A stretch of 64,000 nt of DNA from Octopus vulgaris (GCA_951406725.2 OX597819.1:120962001-121026000), one strand, 5' to 3'; counted from the stretch's first letter, positions 26,699 to 40,977 are shown. Notes: generated by a model from the sequence alone, not told the origin. Made by a program: numbers and translations.

Positions 26699-28637
26699 TG
26701 ACTGACCAGGCAGTTCCCGTTGGGCTTCCCAAGAAGAAGAAACACAAGCCCTGGGTGACGAAGAAGGTTAAACGAGAACGTCGACTCAGAGATATTGCTT
26801 GGGCTGAATTCAAAAATCTGGATTCGACTGCAGCTTTTGAGGTGTACAAAACTCAACGAGACCGAGCCGTGAAAATTGAAAACGAAGAACGCTTCAGTTA
26901 TGAATACAAAATCGCGGCAAATGCCAGTAGCAATCCAAAAACCTTCTTTGCCCATGTCCATCGGAATTCCCGCTTGAACAACCAGATTGCAACGTTGGTA
27001 GACTCAATAGGCGTAATGAGGACCCGTATCAACAGAGTCAATTATTTGCCGAGGCTTTTTCAACTATTTTCAAACAAGATGATGGTCGTGAACCCCCTCC
27101 ATTTGATAGATCGGTACCTCCAATGCCTAGATTGGTCATCACGCGGGACGAAGTCAAACGTGTTATTCAAGGCCTCGATGTCAACAAGGGTCACGGCCCT
27201 GACGGCATACACCCACGGGTTATCAAAGCGTTGGCTCTGGTCATCTGCGAGCCCTTAACACGTCTATTCAATATGTCATTGGCGACGGGTGTTATACCTG
27301 CGGACTGGAGAACAGCGATAATCTGCCCAATTTTCAAGAAAGGGAGCCGCGAAGACCCGCTTAACTACCGACCGGTTTCCCTTACATCAATAATCAGCAA
27401 GATGTTCGAAACCATCCTTAAGAAAAGTATGATGCTCCACCTCCAAAACACAGCCTCTATCTCTGATTCCCAACACGGCTTCGTGCCGAAGGGATCATGC
27501 TTGACCAACTTACTGGTAATGGAAGATTTGGTGACGCGCATCCTCGATGATAGTGATGCTGTTGACATCGTTTTATTGGACTTTGCCAAAGCTTTTGACT
27601 CGGTAAACCACCGCCTATTACTTGTCAAGCTTCAAGCATATAGTTTCCATCCGGATATTGTACAATGGGTTGGTGCCTTCCTCTCAGATCGCTCCTTCCA
27701 AGTCCAAGTTAATGGTTCGCGGTCCGACGTCTCCAGTGCGAGCAGTGGCGTGCCTCAAGGTTGAGTGCTTGGGCCCTTATTGTTCTTAGTCTTCATAAAT
27801 GACTTGCCCGACGACCTCACGCAACACACCCTTCTATTTGCCGACGATATCAAACTGGTCGCTCCTCGCGGTGATATAGAGGATCTTCGTCGATGCCTCC
27901 ACCAAATTTGGAAGTGGTCTAACAAATGGGACCTGTGTCTAAACGTGTCAAAGTGCTGTCATCTGCCTGTTGGCTCTCCTCCTGCAACTCAACTTGATTA
28001 CGAGCCGGGTCGTCCGCTGCTGGAGAGGACCGACCAGGTAAAGGACCTGGGTATCTTGGTGGATTCCTCCTTTTCGCGTTCGGCCCAGTGCGTCCATGCT
28101 GCCAACAAAGCACGCGGAATTCTGTTCTTGATTCGACGGTCATTCGGATTGCTCACAGGAGCCATATTCCTACCACTCTATGTCACGCTGGTGAGACCCA
28201 TATTGGAGTACGGGATTCAAGCCTCTTCTCCTTATCTCCTCAAAGACATACAGCATCTCGAAAGAGTCCAGAAGCTGGCTACCCGCATGGTTCATGGTCT
28301 CAAAAATTTGTCCTATGAAGAAAGGCTGAGGACGCTCGACCTTTATTCTCTTGAAAAACGCCGCCGCCGTGGTGATCTCATTCTCGCCCACAACATCATA
28401 AGCGGAAAGTGTAACCTCTCGAAAGAGCTGTTCTTCACTCCTGCTCCAGAGCGTCGGCTGCGGGATCATTCCGAAAAGCTCTACCTGCGACGATTTCATC
28501 TCAATCGAAGGAGAGGAGCTTTCTCCGTCCGGGTTGCGGATCCGTGGAACAAGCTGCCAGACGAGATGGTGAAGATGCCGACGACCGCTTTGTTCAAAGC
28601 CTCCCTGGACCTCAAGTGGCCTGAACTCTTTACATGA
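26699..28637 (+). pseudogene. CR1 ORF2 reverse transcriptase, disrupted
   Basis: Frameshift near 27020, in-frame TGA at 27762-27764 inside GVPQG[S]VLGP; endonuclease domain absent. Confidence 0.9.
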
Positions 28638-28722
28638 ACACCACCCTGTACTTAACTCCATGTCCCCCCTACATGGCCTTGCTATTTGCTTTTCAGCCAA
28701 ATTAACTAACTAACTAACTAAC
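26699..28722 (+). mobile_element. CR1-clade LINE, 5'-truncated, with (TAAC)n tail
   Basis: RT motifs GPDGI, NYRPVSLTS, QHGF, DFAKAFDSV, GVPQG, FADD, DLG; short 3' UTR with ccatgt/acatgg hairpin; TA runs on both flanks. Confidence 0.95.
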
Positions 28723-28974
28723 ATATATATATATATATATTCAACTTAGGACGAAAATAAACAAAGTTTTTTTTAGAAGTGTTGAGATGTATTGAAAGAC
28801 AGAATTAAGTTTTTTCTCAAACACGTGATAATGCTAATAAAAGCGTAATCAGGATAAATTATCCATACATTGCTGGAAAATAGGTTACCGGCCAGCCATG
28901 AGACTGTGATTACGCGTCAAGTGCTTTATTTTTAAGCTAAACTGCCCAGTAACGAATTCTTCTGCAAATTTAGA

Positions 28975-29115
28975 AGCTTGGTGTGTTTACGTCCCCCGTA
29001 ACTTGGCGGTTCGGCAAAAGGCACCGATAGAATAAGTACCAGGCTTACAAAAAATGAGTAGTGGGGTTGATTTCTTCGACTAAAGGCGGTGCACCAGCAT
29101 GGCCACAGTCAAAGA
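28975..29115 (+). mobile_element. SINE family A, 3' half
   Basis: ggtgtgtttacgtccccgtaactt...ggcggtgcaccagcatggccacagtcaaa. Confidence 0.85.
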
Positions 29116-29508
29116 ACCTGATTGTTAAGGTTAAGAAACTCAGTGTGGGGTAGGTGCGAGAGGCCGGATTTGGCGTTTGAACATAAAAGTGGTAGATTAT
29201 TCGAGCCAGATATAATCGGTTTCAATGATCAAGGGGTAAATTCGTCTGTAAATCCTCCGTTTGATCACCTACGGTTTCTTTCTCTGCGTTCCCTTCATTC
29301 AAACACTATCCTCCATTCTCTTTTTGATTCGCATCTGAAGATTTTCTGTTCATTTGGGACTCATGCTATATCTTCCTTTATGTTCTTTGTACCATGCAGA
29401 AGTTCACGAGTGCGCGCACACACGCATACACACACACGTGTGTGTGTGTGTGTGTGTGTATTGAGGGGAAACTAACAGTAGTTAACGAAGTTGTTTTTAG
29501 TCGGCAAA

Positions 29509-29546
<38 letters not shown>

Positions 29547-29554
29547 AAAATTCT

Positions 29555-29715
29555 TTGATTCTTTCATTTGTTTCAGTCATTTGACTGCGGCCATGCTGGA
29601 AAACATCACCTTTAGTCGAACAAATTGACACCAGGACTTATTATTTGTAAGCCTAGTACTTATTCTAGCTGTCCCTTTTGCCGAACCGCTAGGGTACAGG
29701 GACGTAAACACACAA

Positions 29716-29752
<37 letters not shown>

Positions 29753-29766
29753 ACACATATATATAT

Positions 29767-29813
<47 letters not shown>

Positions 29814-30388
29814 CGCAGGAGTGGCTGTGTGGTAAGTAGCTTGCTAACCAACCACATGGGTCCGGGTTCAGTCCCACTAGGTGGCATCTTGGGCAAGTGT
29901 CTTCTACTATAGCACCGGGCCGACCAAAGCCTTGTGAGTGGATTTGGTAGACGGAAACTGAAAGAAGCCTGTCGTATATATATATATATATATGTATGTA
30001 TGTGTGTGTATATGCTTGGGTGTCTGTGTTTGTCCCTCTAGCATTGCTTGACAACCGATGCTGGTGTGTTTACGTCCCCGTCACTTAGCGATTCGGCAAA
30101 AGAGAACGGTAGAATAAGTACTAGGCTTACAAAGAATAAGTTCCGGGGTCAATTTGCTCGACTAAAGGCGGTGCTCCAGCATGACCGCATTCAAATGACT
30201 GAAACAAATAAAAGAGTAAAGAGTATATATACGACAAGCTTCTTTCAGTTTCCGTCTTCAGTTTCCAAATCCACTCACAAGGCTTTGGTCGGCCTGAGGT
30301 CATAGTAGAAGATACTTGCCTAATGTGCCAGGCAGTGTGATTGAACTCGGAACCGTGTGGTTAGTAAGCAAGCCACTTAGCACATAGA
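29555..30388. mobile_element. Nested SINE A: minus-strand copy split by a full plus-strand copy (29811-30224)
   Basis: Minus-strand tail at 29555-29715 and minus-strand head at 30230-30388 flank an intact + copy starting ggcgcaggagtggctgtgtgg. Confidence 0.85.
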
Positions 30389-30399
30389 CAATAGATGAG

Positions 30400-30545
30400 G
30401 TTTATAGAAAGACAAAAAGACGAAGACAGGTGTATGAGCAACAAGCAACTGAATTATTTTGGCGCTCAGGTAAAATGAAAAAGTCTTTTATATTGCGAAT
30501 GTCCGCCATTCAAAAGAAAGGAATAAGAGAAAATAATCAGAGAGA
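30400..30545 (-). mobile_element. Family H1 copy, highly diverged
   Basis: aaaagacgaagacaggtgt...gcgctcagg...agtctttta...agaaaggaataagagaaaat. Confidence 0.55.
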
Positions 30546-30665
30546 ATTAAATACTGATGAATTTATACATATGTGTGTGTGTGTGTGTGTGTGTGAGTCT
30601 GAGTATTTGTGTGTGTGTGTGAGTCTGAGTATTTGTGTGTGTGTGTGTATGTATGTATGTATATA

Positions 30666-30757
<92 letters not shown>

Positions 30758-30833
30758 TAGATAGATAAATTTTCGGAAGGAGATAAAAGTCCAAGGGTGT
30801 GAATGATTTTAGAACATTTATAAACAGAAGGTC

Positions 30834-30878
30834 TTAGACCTGTTTCCGGTATATATTATATATCCCTTCATCGGAAAC
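30834..30878 (-). ncRNA. Degenerate hammerhead-like motif
   Basis: ttt-CCGATGA-agggatatataatatataccg-GAAA-cagg-TC; weak stem I. Confidence 0.35.
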
Positions 30879-31269
30879 GGTGTGAGAAAATGGTTTCGCA
30901 ATAGTTATTTTTCGATAAGATATGAAATAGAGGAATGAAAATAGACGTGAGATATGCAAAGGTATTGCATCTGTAGATCCATTATTTAGGCAGAATGGTA
31001 TACATATAAGATTCCAGTACCTTGTGAGTAAGTTCATATATGTATTATATATTACGCGTTTCTCTGTTCTTCTCATTGTTCGAAAAAAGTTCGTTACTAT
31101 ATTTTTGTTTATATGTTTTCACTTCTCATTGTGTTCAACGTTTTTTTTTTATGTCCTGTACCCATATATATATGTATATATACATACATATATTTGTAGG
31201 TATGTACATATATGTATGTATATATCCATATATTTATATATTATTTATATTATATATATATATATATCT

Positions 31270-31678
31270 TTACTCTTTTACTTGTTACAGTCATTTGACT
31301 GCGGCCATGCTTGAGCACCGCCTTTAGTAGAGCAAATCGACCCCGGGACTTATTCTTTGTAAGCCCAGTACTTATTCTATCGGTCTCTTTTGCCGAACCG
31401 CTAAGTTACGGGGACGTAAACACACCAGCATCGGTTGTCAAGCAATGCTAGGGGGACAACCACAGACACACAAACACACACATACATACATACATATATA
31501 TATATATGTATACATATATACGACAGGCTTCTTTCAGTTTCCGTCTACCAAATCCACTCACAAGGCATTGGTCGGCCCGGGGCTATAGCAGAAGACACTT
31601 GCCCAAGATGCCACGCAGTGGGACTGAACCCGGAACCATGTGGCTGGTTAGCAAGCTACTTACCACCCAGCCACTCCT
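31270..31678 (-). mobile_element. SINE family A, full length
   Basis: Reverse complement of the 39125-39530 copy, nearly identical. Confidence 0.92.
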
Positions 31679-31746
31679 ATGTATGTATGTATGTATGTAT
31701 GTATGTATGTATGTATGTATGTATGTATGTATATATACATACATAA

Positions 31747-31943
31747 TGTGACCTCGTGTGTACCGTTGGCGATTTGTTTTCCTCTGTCTTCCCTTCTCTG
31801 GATCTTTCCTTCTCCTATGTTTCCGACGAAGAGCTCCGCTCGAAACGTTAAACCCTCCTTCTTTCCTTCTTTCCTGAGCGTCCAATAGTACTATATTTGT
31901 TCCACGTCCTCGCGTTGTTGTGTTTTCTTGTTTGGATTAACTT

Positions 31944-31945
<2 letters not shown>
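31747..31945 (+). mobile_element. H1-related hammerhead-bearing element (motif at 31819-31853)
   Basis: gttt-CCGACGA-a-gagc tcc gctc-GAAA-cgt-t-aaac; downstream tcctgagcg shared with H1; ends on (TA)n. Confidence 0.7.
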
Positions 31946-31983
<38 letters not shown>

Positions 31984-34900
31984 CGTAAATGTCGAACGAT
32001 TAAAGTGGGTGTTCACCTCCGCATTGGTGGATATAATTTCTTTATTTGTGAATTAAGGCTACCATTGGTTTCATGTTAAGAAAAGTAAGAAAATATCCCG
32101 GTGTCTTAGCAACTTATCAAACCGACCTCATAGTGAAAGATGTTTTCTCCCGTATGTATATATGTGTATGTGTCTGTGTGTGAATAGGTGTGTCTCTCTG
32201 TGTGCATGGACATATATTTGCGAACGTGCACGTGTATGGATATGCCTATACAAACATATATATGAATTTATGCAGCTATTCACGTATGTATATTTGCATG
32301 TAAGAACGCTTACCTGTTTGGATGTTATGTATGTCGTATATGTGCAAATATACCTGTTAACTTGTAGAATGCGCACAGTGAGCATATGCGAGTGTATATG
32401 TTTCTGAAGAATATGATGCATTGCGATTTGCGTGTGCCTATGTGCTTGAGTATCTCTGTGTAGTAGTGTGGGAGTATGTAGGAGTTTGTTAATATGTATG
32501 TCTACGTACGTGTATATGTTCACATGTGCGTTAAAAGAAACGGAGAGAAGGTATATTGGTGAATAGATAATAAATATAGATATAAGGTATAGATAGAAGA
32601 TTATGATAAAATTATAGATATAAATATAGATAGGGATATAGATTTTGGATTGTGAGGCCGCTGAGTTCTTTAGCTCTGTAAATATACACACATAGATAGC
32701 GATCACCGAAACTGAAGTAGCAGCTTTGATATTTAGAAATAGAAAAATCAGATAATATTTCCTATATCTTGAAATGGAAAACGCAAACACGTATATATGA
32801 AACTTTGCTTCATCCACACTGTGCTCTAAAATAACTGGAAGAACGGTGAAGTCACTGTTATTGTGTTTCATATTGTGAAATATTTCTATGTGAAAATTCG
32901 AATGCGTAGTGATTGCGCCTGGTCGTCCGGTCTGCCAATAGGAAACGCAACATTACGGTCGTGTGTTCGATCCGTAACCATAGGATAGGTCGTGTTTTTG
33001 ACCAAAAGGTTTCATTTCACGTTTGTCCTAGTCTGCTCAGGTGAAAACGAACAGACTAGAGCTGAAATTGAGAGCGAGTTACAACTGGTGATGAAATATA
33101 TGCTAAGTTATTTATACGCCATAGAAACTGAAATAACCTCCTTAAGACTAACGATTGACCTAAAGCCTACATGAATATTGAATAACGATGGTGAAGATTT
33201 ACTCATCATGAAACCGGTTACTCATGTCAAAATGAGTCACCTGTGGTAGAGGCTTACTCATACGAAGAATAGATGTTAATGGTAAAGATATTCTCATTTC
33301 AAAAGAGATACTTTTGATGGAGATGTACTCATGTTAAATGTTTTTGCTGCTGCTGTTGTTGTTGTTGTTGTTTAGCATTGTGTTTAACATAAAATAATCA
33401 GTTTACTGTTAAAGGTGTTCCATCCATGACTGCTCCGATAAATATTTTCATATAACATTTAGAACTACATCGTCCAATATGACATCTTCCATTCTTGTAA
33501 CATGCTAGGGTGTACCTCGGTATTTAAGTCAGTAAGGCGTAATTTAAGAGAGATTCGACTACTCTCTCTGATAGGGGGAGCAATTACACAGAAGATTCCT
33601 CGTTTACTAGGGCCAGCTAGGTTATTGTTTGCGAGACAGCAAAGATGTGAGGAGAGAGATTTTTAAGACCACGCATCAAAATGTTGTTCGATTTATAACG
33701 ATCATGTGAAGAAAAGACAATGAGGGTATCACCATGTGTTCTCCCTAAGTAGATACTTTAGGTGGCCGCTCTTGCTGCTAGAAATAGTGACCGAATCTCC
33801 CAAGCACCAAAACAATAGATAACGTAGTCTGCTGTACAGTGTTAGGAAAATCAGGATGGACATTCAGAAATCATACTGAGGCCTTGATGTTAAAACCTTA
33901 GCAGCTCTGTATACGACACGTTTCAGGAATGCTGGATAATCGAAGGCTAAGAATTGAACTGAATAGTGAAAACTTCATTGACCACAGTGATGGAGGAGTG
34001 CCAAAAAAAATCTATAAAAATGCAAACAAAGAGTAATCTTTTGGTTCCCACCACAGTGAAAAAACGATAGGCACCGGATGTGACACTATACATATCCAAC
34101 AAGTGACATATTATTCAGTAGTCCTCGTGCAAGTCCGACAATGCTTATACGACAACATTTGAGGAAGAAACCTCAAAAGAATTCTTATTTTTGCTATAGC
34201 TGGGTTTCGCTATGCGTCATTGGTAGCGCTAAACACCAGCCACTCTGCTCCCGGCGGTATCAGCTGCCTTCGAGAATCTTCGTTCACGAAGCCAAGGAAT
34301 GATACTATGGGAATATATCTATAGACATAGGCGCGTTTGCGCGAGTGCTTCAGTGTGTGTCTGCATGTGTGTTTGTGCGTATTTGGATGTGTGCGATGGC
34401 ATATGTTTCTGTATAAGTCATGTACATTATCTCTCCCATTTTATGTTTCGGAATGCAGGCTTATCTACTTCAAACTACACCTCACAGTTCAAATAGGTGA
34501 TACGTTGGGCTACGTTGTTCTTGAGAGACAAACGACTACGAATTTCCCACTCGGAGCGCCATTGATCATATGTCGGGTGGATCACAGCTGATATGAGGAT
34601 ATATACCGAGGACCACAACAACAGCATATATACAATCGCAGACACACGTAATATACATATATATCCATCCATACATACATGCGTATATTCATACATATAT
34701 TTATATATACACACTTACGCACACACTCACACAAATACATACATACATACATACATACATACATACATACATACATAATAGAGAACCTGACGCAGATACC
34801 GGTATGGAAGGCAATGTGAAAAGAACGTTTCGAGGTTAAACACTTCTTCACAAAAGTTACTCAGAAGCAAGAAAAAAGCACGAGATTATTTATAATGTAT

Positions 34901-35260
34901 GCATTTTTTATAAAAGATTTATGAGCATAATTAGGGCGTATGCATTTAAAACTGAGTTTCAAACTGCCTTCTGTTCTCATTCATTGAAAGAAAAGATAAA
35001 GATTTATAACAGAATAACATATAGCTTTGTTACTTGTAAGTTAACTCTCACGTAGAATATATATATATAAATCTTGACTTTATTTATGAACGTATAACAA
35101 TGTCCAACTTCCATAATAATCTAATTTCATCGACTCATCCGTATTTGTTTCGACGTTCGTATGCAGCATCAGGTATATGTACATACGTATTCGGATATTC
35201 AAATTTACATACATTCAAATACATGTTCTTATGGAGTGATGCTGTATACATCTCTGTGTG

Positions 35261-35312
<52 letters not shown>

Positions 35313-35407
35313 CGTTCATGCATATATTCACACATATACGTATATATGTATAAATATATAGGCAGAAATATATATATATATATGTAGCATATATGTAATA
35401 TATATAC

Positions 35408-35446
<39 letters not shown>

Positions 35447-35691
35447 CTATATATCTATATAAATACCTACATATACAGAAACTGTGTGTATATATATAAA
35501 TTTATATATGTAATTATGTATATGAATATCGCAGACATATCCATTACTCATAAATATGTATGTGTTTATAAATATAATGTATATATGTATTTGTGCATGT
35601 ATACATACCCAAACATATCTATCAATATATATATGTATATTTATCTATATATATAATTGTGTTTGTATGTACACATGCTTACAAACATACA

Positions 35692-35726
<35 letters not shown>

Positions 35727-37452
35727 TTATTTATCTATATATGTATGTGTTTTTATGTATGCATGTATGTATATATTAAAGTATGTATACTGTAAATATG
35801 TAAGTTTCCGCGTATGTATATATGAATGTTGTCTGGCGTCAGTTCTATAATGAGTATTATCTGAATAATTAAGGAGGAGATAAGACGAGTGTTAAAGAGA
35901 AAATATAGAGATCTTGGAAACTTCTAAAGTATGTAGTAGATAACGTAATCGTGCGTGGCGATGTTTGTGCTTGTAGGAGGAGAGAAACGAAGACTAGAGC
36001 TGATAGCGCAAAGACAGATAAAGTCGAACAAAGAACATTCTTTCGAGAAGAATTCAGAAACAGGAATCAAACAAACCAAGCCAACAACCAAAAATGTAAA
36101 CTAGTAATATTTAGGAGATTTTTCCAGACATTCAGGAGGCTAAGATTTACATGTTGTGACATACCCAACTGGGAGATTATTGAGGAAGATATTTGACGAT
36201 AACTAAGAGGGTGTTGATAATGAGTACAAGAAATAGGAAATTGAATGCCAATTTATTCAGGGAATTTTCGTTGTTTTTTTCCTCTTTCTCTGATGTAGGG
36301 CTGGGATCTGACCGAATCTTTAGACTGGTTCCTATTACTGTACGGCGTCATACATTATTTTATATCTCGTATGATATGTTTTTTCTATAAGTTAATCGTG
36401 CCATTAATCGCCTTAAACTTCATGAGCAGAGATAATCATTTGTAATACTACTGAAGTATCTAGATAATCGTCATGATCATCATGACAATTATCATCATAA
36501 TCATGAATCCTTAGGCTATTACTGTCCCATGTCTTAAGACCAATAAGGCCGGTTACCCAGTTACCCACTGAACGGGAAGCCAGACCGTCGCAGAGCCATT
36601 GATTTGAAGGTGAATGGAGCGACATGAAATTAAATGATTTGCTCAAGGAGATACTACGAACTGCCCGATCAGGGAATTGAAACTACAATCTTCGACACTG
36701 TGTGCAACATCCTAATCACTAGGTCACGTGTCTTGACATATGCTGGATAAGCCGCTGATATAACGTGGGCAATATAAGGTTTTTACAGAATCTATACTTC
36801 TCAAAAGCTAACGATGCATTCCTGTGGTGTAAAAAATATCATTCACACAACAAAAGACGATTGGAAAATATCTGTTCGAGAGAGAGAGAAAGCGAGAGAG
36901 AAAGGAAGAGAGGGATTGAGGGAGAGAGAGACAAAGAGAGAAGGAGTGAGTGAGAGAGAGTGAGAGAGAGACGGAGAGAGATTGTGACAAATGACGAAGC
37001 TGCTGCTAATAGGGAAAAAAGGAAAATTGTTAAGAAAGAAATCAAAATATGAATGTTGTTCATCGGCAAGAATATTTTGCAGAAGCTAGAAGAAAAGAAC
37101 ATGAGTGATCAGAATCCATAAGATTTCCTAGGAATTTTTTAAAGGAAGGATTCGAAAGGGAACAATTACGGAGTGGGGAGATGTTTATGGCTAAGTATTG
37201 TAACGAAAAGTCAGCGGTAGAATTTCTCCGGGCCCTGCTAATCAATATTAATGTTCGGGTATCTTGAAAAAGCTGTTTCCTCTAATTTTATTATAGGCAA
37301 GTGAGGCGTGGACAACTACGAAGAGGATAGTGCATCGATTGGCTACGACGCAAAGGGCCATGGAACGATCAATGCTAGGAACATCTTTACGAGAGCAGAC
37401 TTAATATCTGATAATTCGAAGTCGAAGCAGAGTGAACGATGTGATTGCAGTA

Positions 37453-37671
37453 CACTAATGCCTCGACTATCGCGGGTGTTACGTTCCAAAACCCCACCTC
37501 GCGATAGGTGAAAATCCGCGAATTAGAAACAGTACTGTATTGTATATTTTTAAAAAATTATTTTTATAATTTGTATATATTTATTTTATTATAAATGCAA
37601 AACAACACCACAGAGTTATTGACATAAACTTAAATAATAAGCCGCGATAGCGGTATGGCGAGAGATTACTT
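37453..37671. mobile_element. Tigger/pogo-like MITE
   Basis: Degenerate TIRs TA-cactaatgcctcg... / ...gcgagagattactt-TA. Confidence 0.6.
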
Positions 37672-38244
37672 TATACCAAAAAGCCCAAGTTCCGCTACAC
37701 CGGACATGTCACAAGGTTCAGAGACAACAGGAGAACCCGTGCAATTGTCGAGTGGTATTCAGTCGAGAACAGTTCATGCCCTGAATGCGGGTGATCCTGA
37801 TAGGAATTGGCATGACGTGTAAAAGATACATACTCTCCAGCTAATATTTTTAGAGTGGTGAGTTTACACTTAAACGCAATGGCTCAGTTAACCTCTGCAC
37901 TTGCACATCCTGAGAACCTGAGAATCAGAAGAAGGGGATGGAACATCATCTCAATTTACTAGAAGTTACTCTATGCTGAGTCTTCTAACGAAAAGAATTA
38001 ATTGGGCCAATTTAGAATGGTATTATACCTGGTGCAATTTATCTGAATACTCTACAATAATCTTCCAGGACAAGTATTCAAGAATACCTCAAAGACGGGG
38101 AACTTTATTTCCACTAAAATTGAATCTCACGCTACCGTAGTACACTTATAGAGCCTAAATTGGTGTGATTTCGCTAGGAAGGGTTGGACGGTGAGCTTCA
38201 GTACAATACCCTGCATGTTCACTGCTCTTCACACCACTAGATAT

Positions 38245-38985
38245 TGGGATGGGAATATTTTTATATGATAACATTTACAGTACAAAACCGACATCAGTTA
38301 CAGAAATAAGGGTAAGCATTGAAAAAATATGTTCAAAAACAAGGAAGGAAATAGTTACTGATACTTGCGATTGGATTGCATCAGTTATCAGCAGGGAAAA
38401 AACAAGAACCATCATACATTCGAAAACAAAGAACTCAAAATATACGTTTTTCTAATTTTAGCACAAGGTCAACCTTTTCGGGAAAGGAGCTAAGTCAATG
38501 ACATGGACCTTGTAATTCTTTTCTCAACCCCGAAAGAAGTCAACCTCCGGGAAATTTGAATATAGAATACAAAGGCGGACGAAATATTGCTGAATAGTTT
38601 GCCCGACGTGCAAACGGTACTGCCAACTCGCCTCCTTAAAATATGGGTTCCAAATTTTGACACACGGCCAGCAATTTCGGGAGATAAGTTAAATCGATTA
38701 CATCGAACCAAACTACTCAACTGGTCCTTATTTTATTGATCCTGAAATGATAATGGACAAGGTCGACTTCGCCGGCATTTGAACTAAGAACGTAAGGACG
38801 CAGGAAATGCCACTACGCAATTTTCCCTGTGTGCAAATGAATCTGCTAGCACGCAGTCTTACATTGAAAAAATATTAAAATCTTTCTCTGTCGATTCTAT
38901 AAAATTACTCAAATAAAATGTATTTTAATACACACTGGTTTTATATACATTTAATATCTGTGTACAGTTTTGGGGACACCTTATA
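38245..38985 (+). mobile_element. Tc1/mariner remnant interrupted by diverged minus-strand SINE B copies (~38455-38862)
   Basis: Peptide LYDNIYSTKPTSVTEIRVSIEKIC resembles a Tc1/mariner transposase C-terminus; terminal ttttggggacacctta resembles a TIR. Confidence 0.45.
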
Positions 38986-39032
38986 TATCTTTATGTGTTT
39001 GTGTGTACTTGTATGCAAATAAGTATATTAAT

Positions 39033-39120
39033 GCTGTTATAATTAATGTATATGGAGTTATAGATGTATTTACATATATATACTCACATCTATAACTCCA
39101 TATACATAAATTATAACAGC
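39033..39120. repeat. Hairpin with 35-bp arms (1 mismatch) abutting a SINE head
   Basis: gctgttataattaatgtatatggagttatagatgt / acatctataactccatatacataaattataacagc. Confidence 0.9.
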
Positions 39121-39124
39121 GTTT

Positions 39125-39530
39125 AGGAGTGGCTGTGTGGTAAGTAGCTTGCTAAACAACCACATGGTTCCGGGTTCAGTCCCACTGCGTGGCATCTTGG
39201 GCGAGTGTCTTCTGCTATAGCCCCGGGCCGACCAATGCCTTGTGAGTGGATTTGGTAGACGGAAAATGATAGAAGCCTGTCGTATATATGTATATATATA
39301 TATATGTATGTGTGTGTGTTTGTGTGTCTGTGTTTGTCCCCCTAGCATTGCTTGACAACCGATGCTGGTGTGTTTACGTCCCCGTCACTTAGCTGTTCGG
39401 CAAAAGAGACTGATAGAATAAGTACTTGGGCTTACAAAGAATAAGTCCCGGGGTCGATTTGCTCGACTAAAGGCGGTGCTCCAGCATGGCCACAGTCAAA
39501 TGACTGAAACAAGTAAAAGAGTAAAAGAGT
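39125..39530 (+). mobile_element. SINE family A, full length
   Basis: A and B boxes, internal microsatellite, gtaaaagagtaaaagagt tail. Confidence 0.92.
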
Positions 39531-39604
39531 ATATATATATATATTTCGTTTTTGAATTTGGTTTGCAAGATTCTTTATATGAGTTCGTGTGTTGAAGCAT
39601 ACTC

Positions 39605-39830
39605 TGTTTTGTCTGGGGAGAGTCATTTTCTTTTTGTGTCTTATAATGTAACGCACTCACCTGTAAAATTTCCAGTTACTTTTTTAAATATAGTCTTAAA
39701 ACGATTGGAAATGTTGCAAGACGCAACCAAAATTTTAGGAAAGTAAAAATAAGGAATAAGTGGAAATTTTACCGGTAAGTGTGTTAAATTTTAAGGCACA
39801 AAAAGAAAATGACTCTCCCCAGACAAAACA

Positions 39831-39832
<2 letters not shown>
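39605..39832. repeat. Inverted repeat (~75-bp arms) enclosing a degenerate hammerhead-like motif
   Basis: ctgttttgtctggggagagtcattttctttttgtg / cacaaaaagaaaatgactctccccagacaaaacag; interior ttggaaa-tgttgc aagac gcaac-caaa; related sequence at 48145-48195. Confidence 0.8.
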
Positions 39833-39875
<43 letters not shown>

Positions 39876-40208
39876 TATGTAAATGCATGTATATATGTGT
39901 GTAAATTTACATGTGTGTATGTAGATATATATTTAAAATATTAGTATATATATATATATATAAGTATATACATATGAGGAGAGAGATGGAGAAAGAGAGA
40001 GGATAAGACAAAGGATGAGAGGGAGACCGAAGGAAAGAGAGAGTATAGAGAGTGTGAGATAGCGAGAGAAAGCACCTTGTTGCATTAGATTGCATCACTA
40101 CATGTCTATATAAGAAATTATTAAGATAAAATTTTACTGATGTAAAACAGAGATATATTGAGCAAAGTATAAGAGTAAAATGTAAACTGGTACACTTTCA
40201 AATGTCTG

Positions 40209-40347
<139 letters not shown>

Positions 40348-40664
40348 CTATGTATGTATGTATTTATGTATGTATGTATATTTATATATATATATAAAGA
40401 GAGAGGGGGAGTGAGACAAAGAGAGAAGCGGGGAGAAACAGCTAGAGAGATAGATATATGGATACATAGATGGATAGATAAATAGATGGATAGATACAGA
40501 GATGTGAAGAAACGTATTCAGATACAAGACAATATCTCAATATATATAAGACGATAATCTACATCTCAATTTGTAGTTATCCATATATAATCCTGCATAT
40601 TCAAATACATACATACATACATACAAACATACATACATACATGCATACTTACATACATACATAC

Positions 40665-40701
<37 letters not shown>

Positions 40702-40712
40702 AATGAGATATG

Positions 40713-40772
<60 letters not shown>

Positions 40773-40776
<4 letters not shown>

Positions 40777-40977
40777 AGAATTTACGAAAAAAAAACAAAA
40801 GACGAAGACAGGTGGTGTACAAAACAAACAGATGTATTAGTATAACGCTCAGGAATTGAAAAACTCTTTTACGTTTCGAGCCTACGCTCTTCTACAGAAA
40901 GGGACACAGAAAAAACAAGGAGAGAAACAAGGAGAGAAAAAATGTGTGTAGTGGCTAACGATCTATCATGGCGACCC
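40773..40977 (-). mobile_element. Family H1 copy, well preserved (motif at 40865-40901)
   Basis: cttt-CTGTAGA-a-gagc gtag gctc-GAAA-cgt-a-aaag; 3' end directly on (TA)n. Confidence 0.8.

Noticed and set aside
28170-28700. 176-aa minus-strand ORF (and its twin at 42909-43430)
   Set aside because: Antisense shadow of the GC-rich CR1 ORF2.
28703-28722. (TAAC)n as a telomere-like repeat
   Set aside because: It is the 3' tail of the CR1 element and is repeated identically on the second copy.
37060-37800. Coding-like stretch around the Tigger-like MITE, possibly an old retroelement ORF
   Set aside because: Short broken frames with no motif I can identify.
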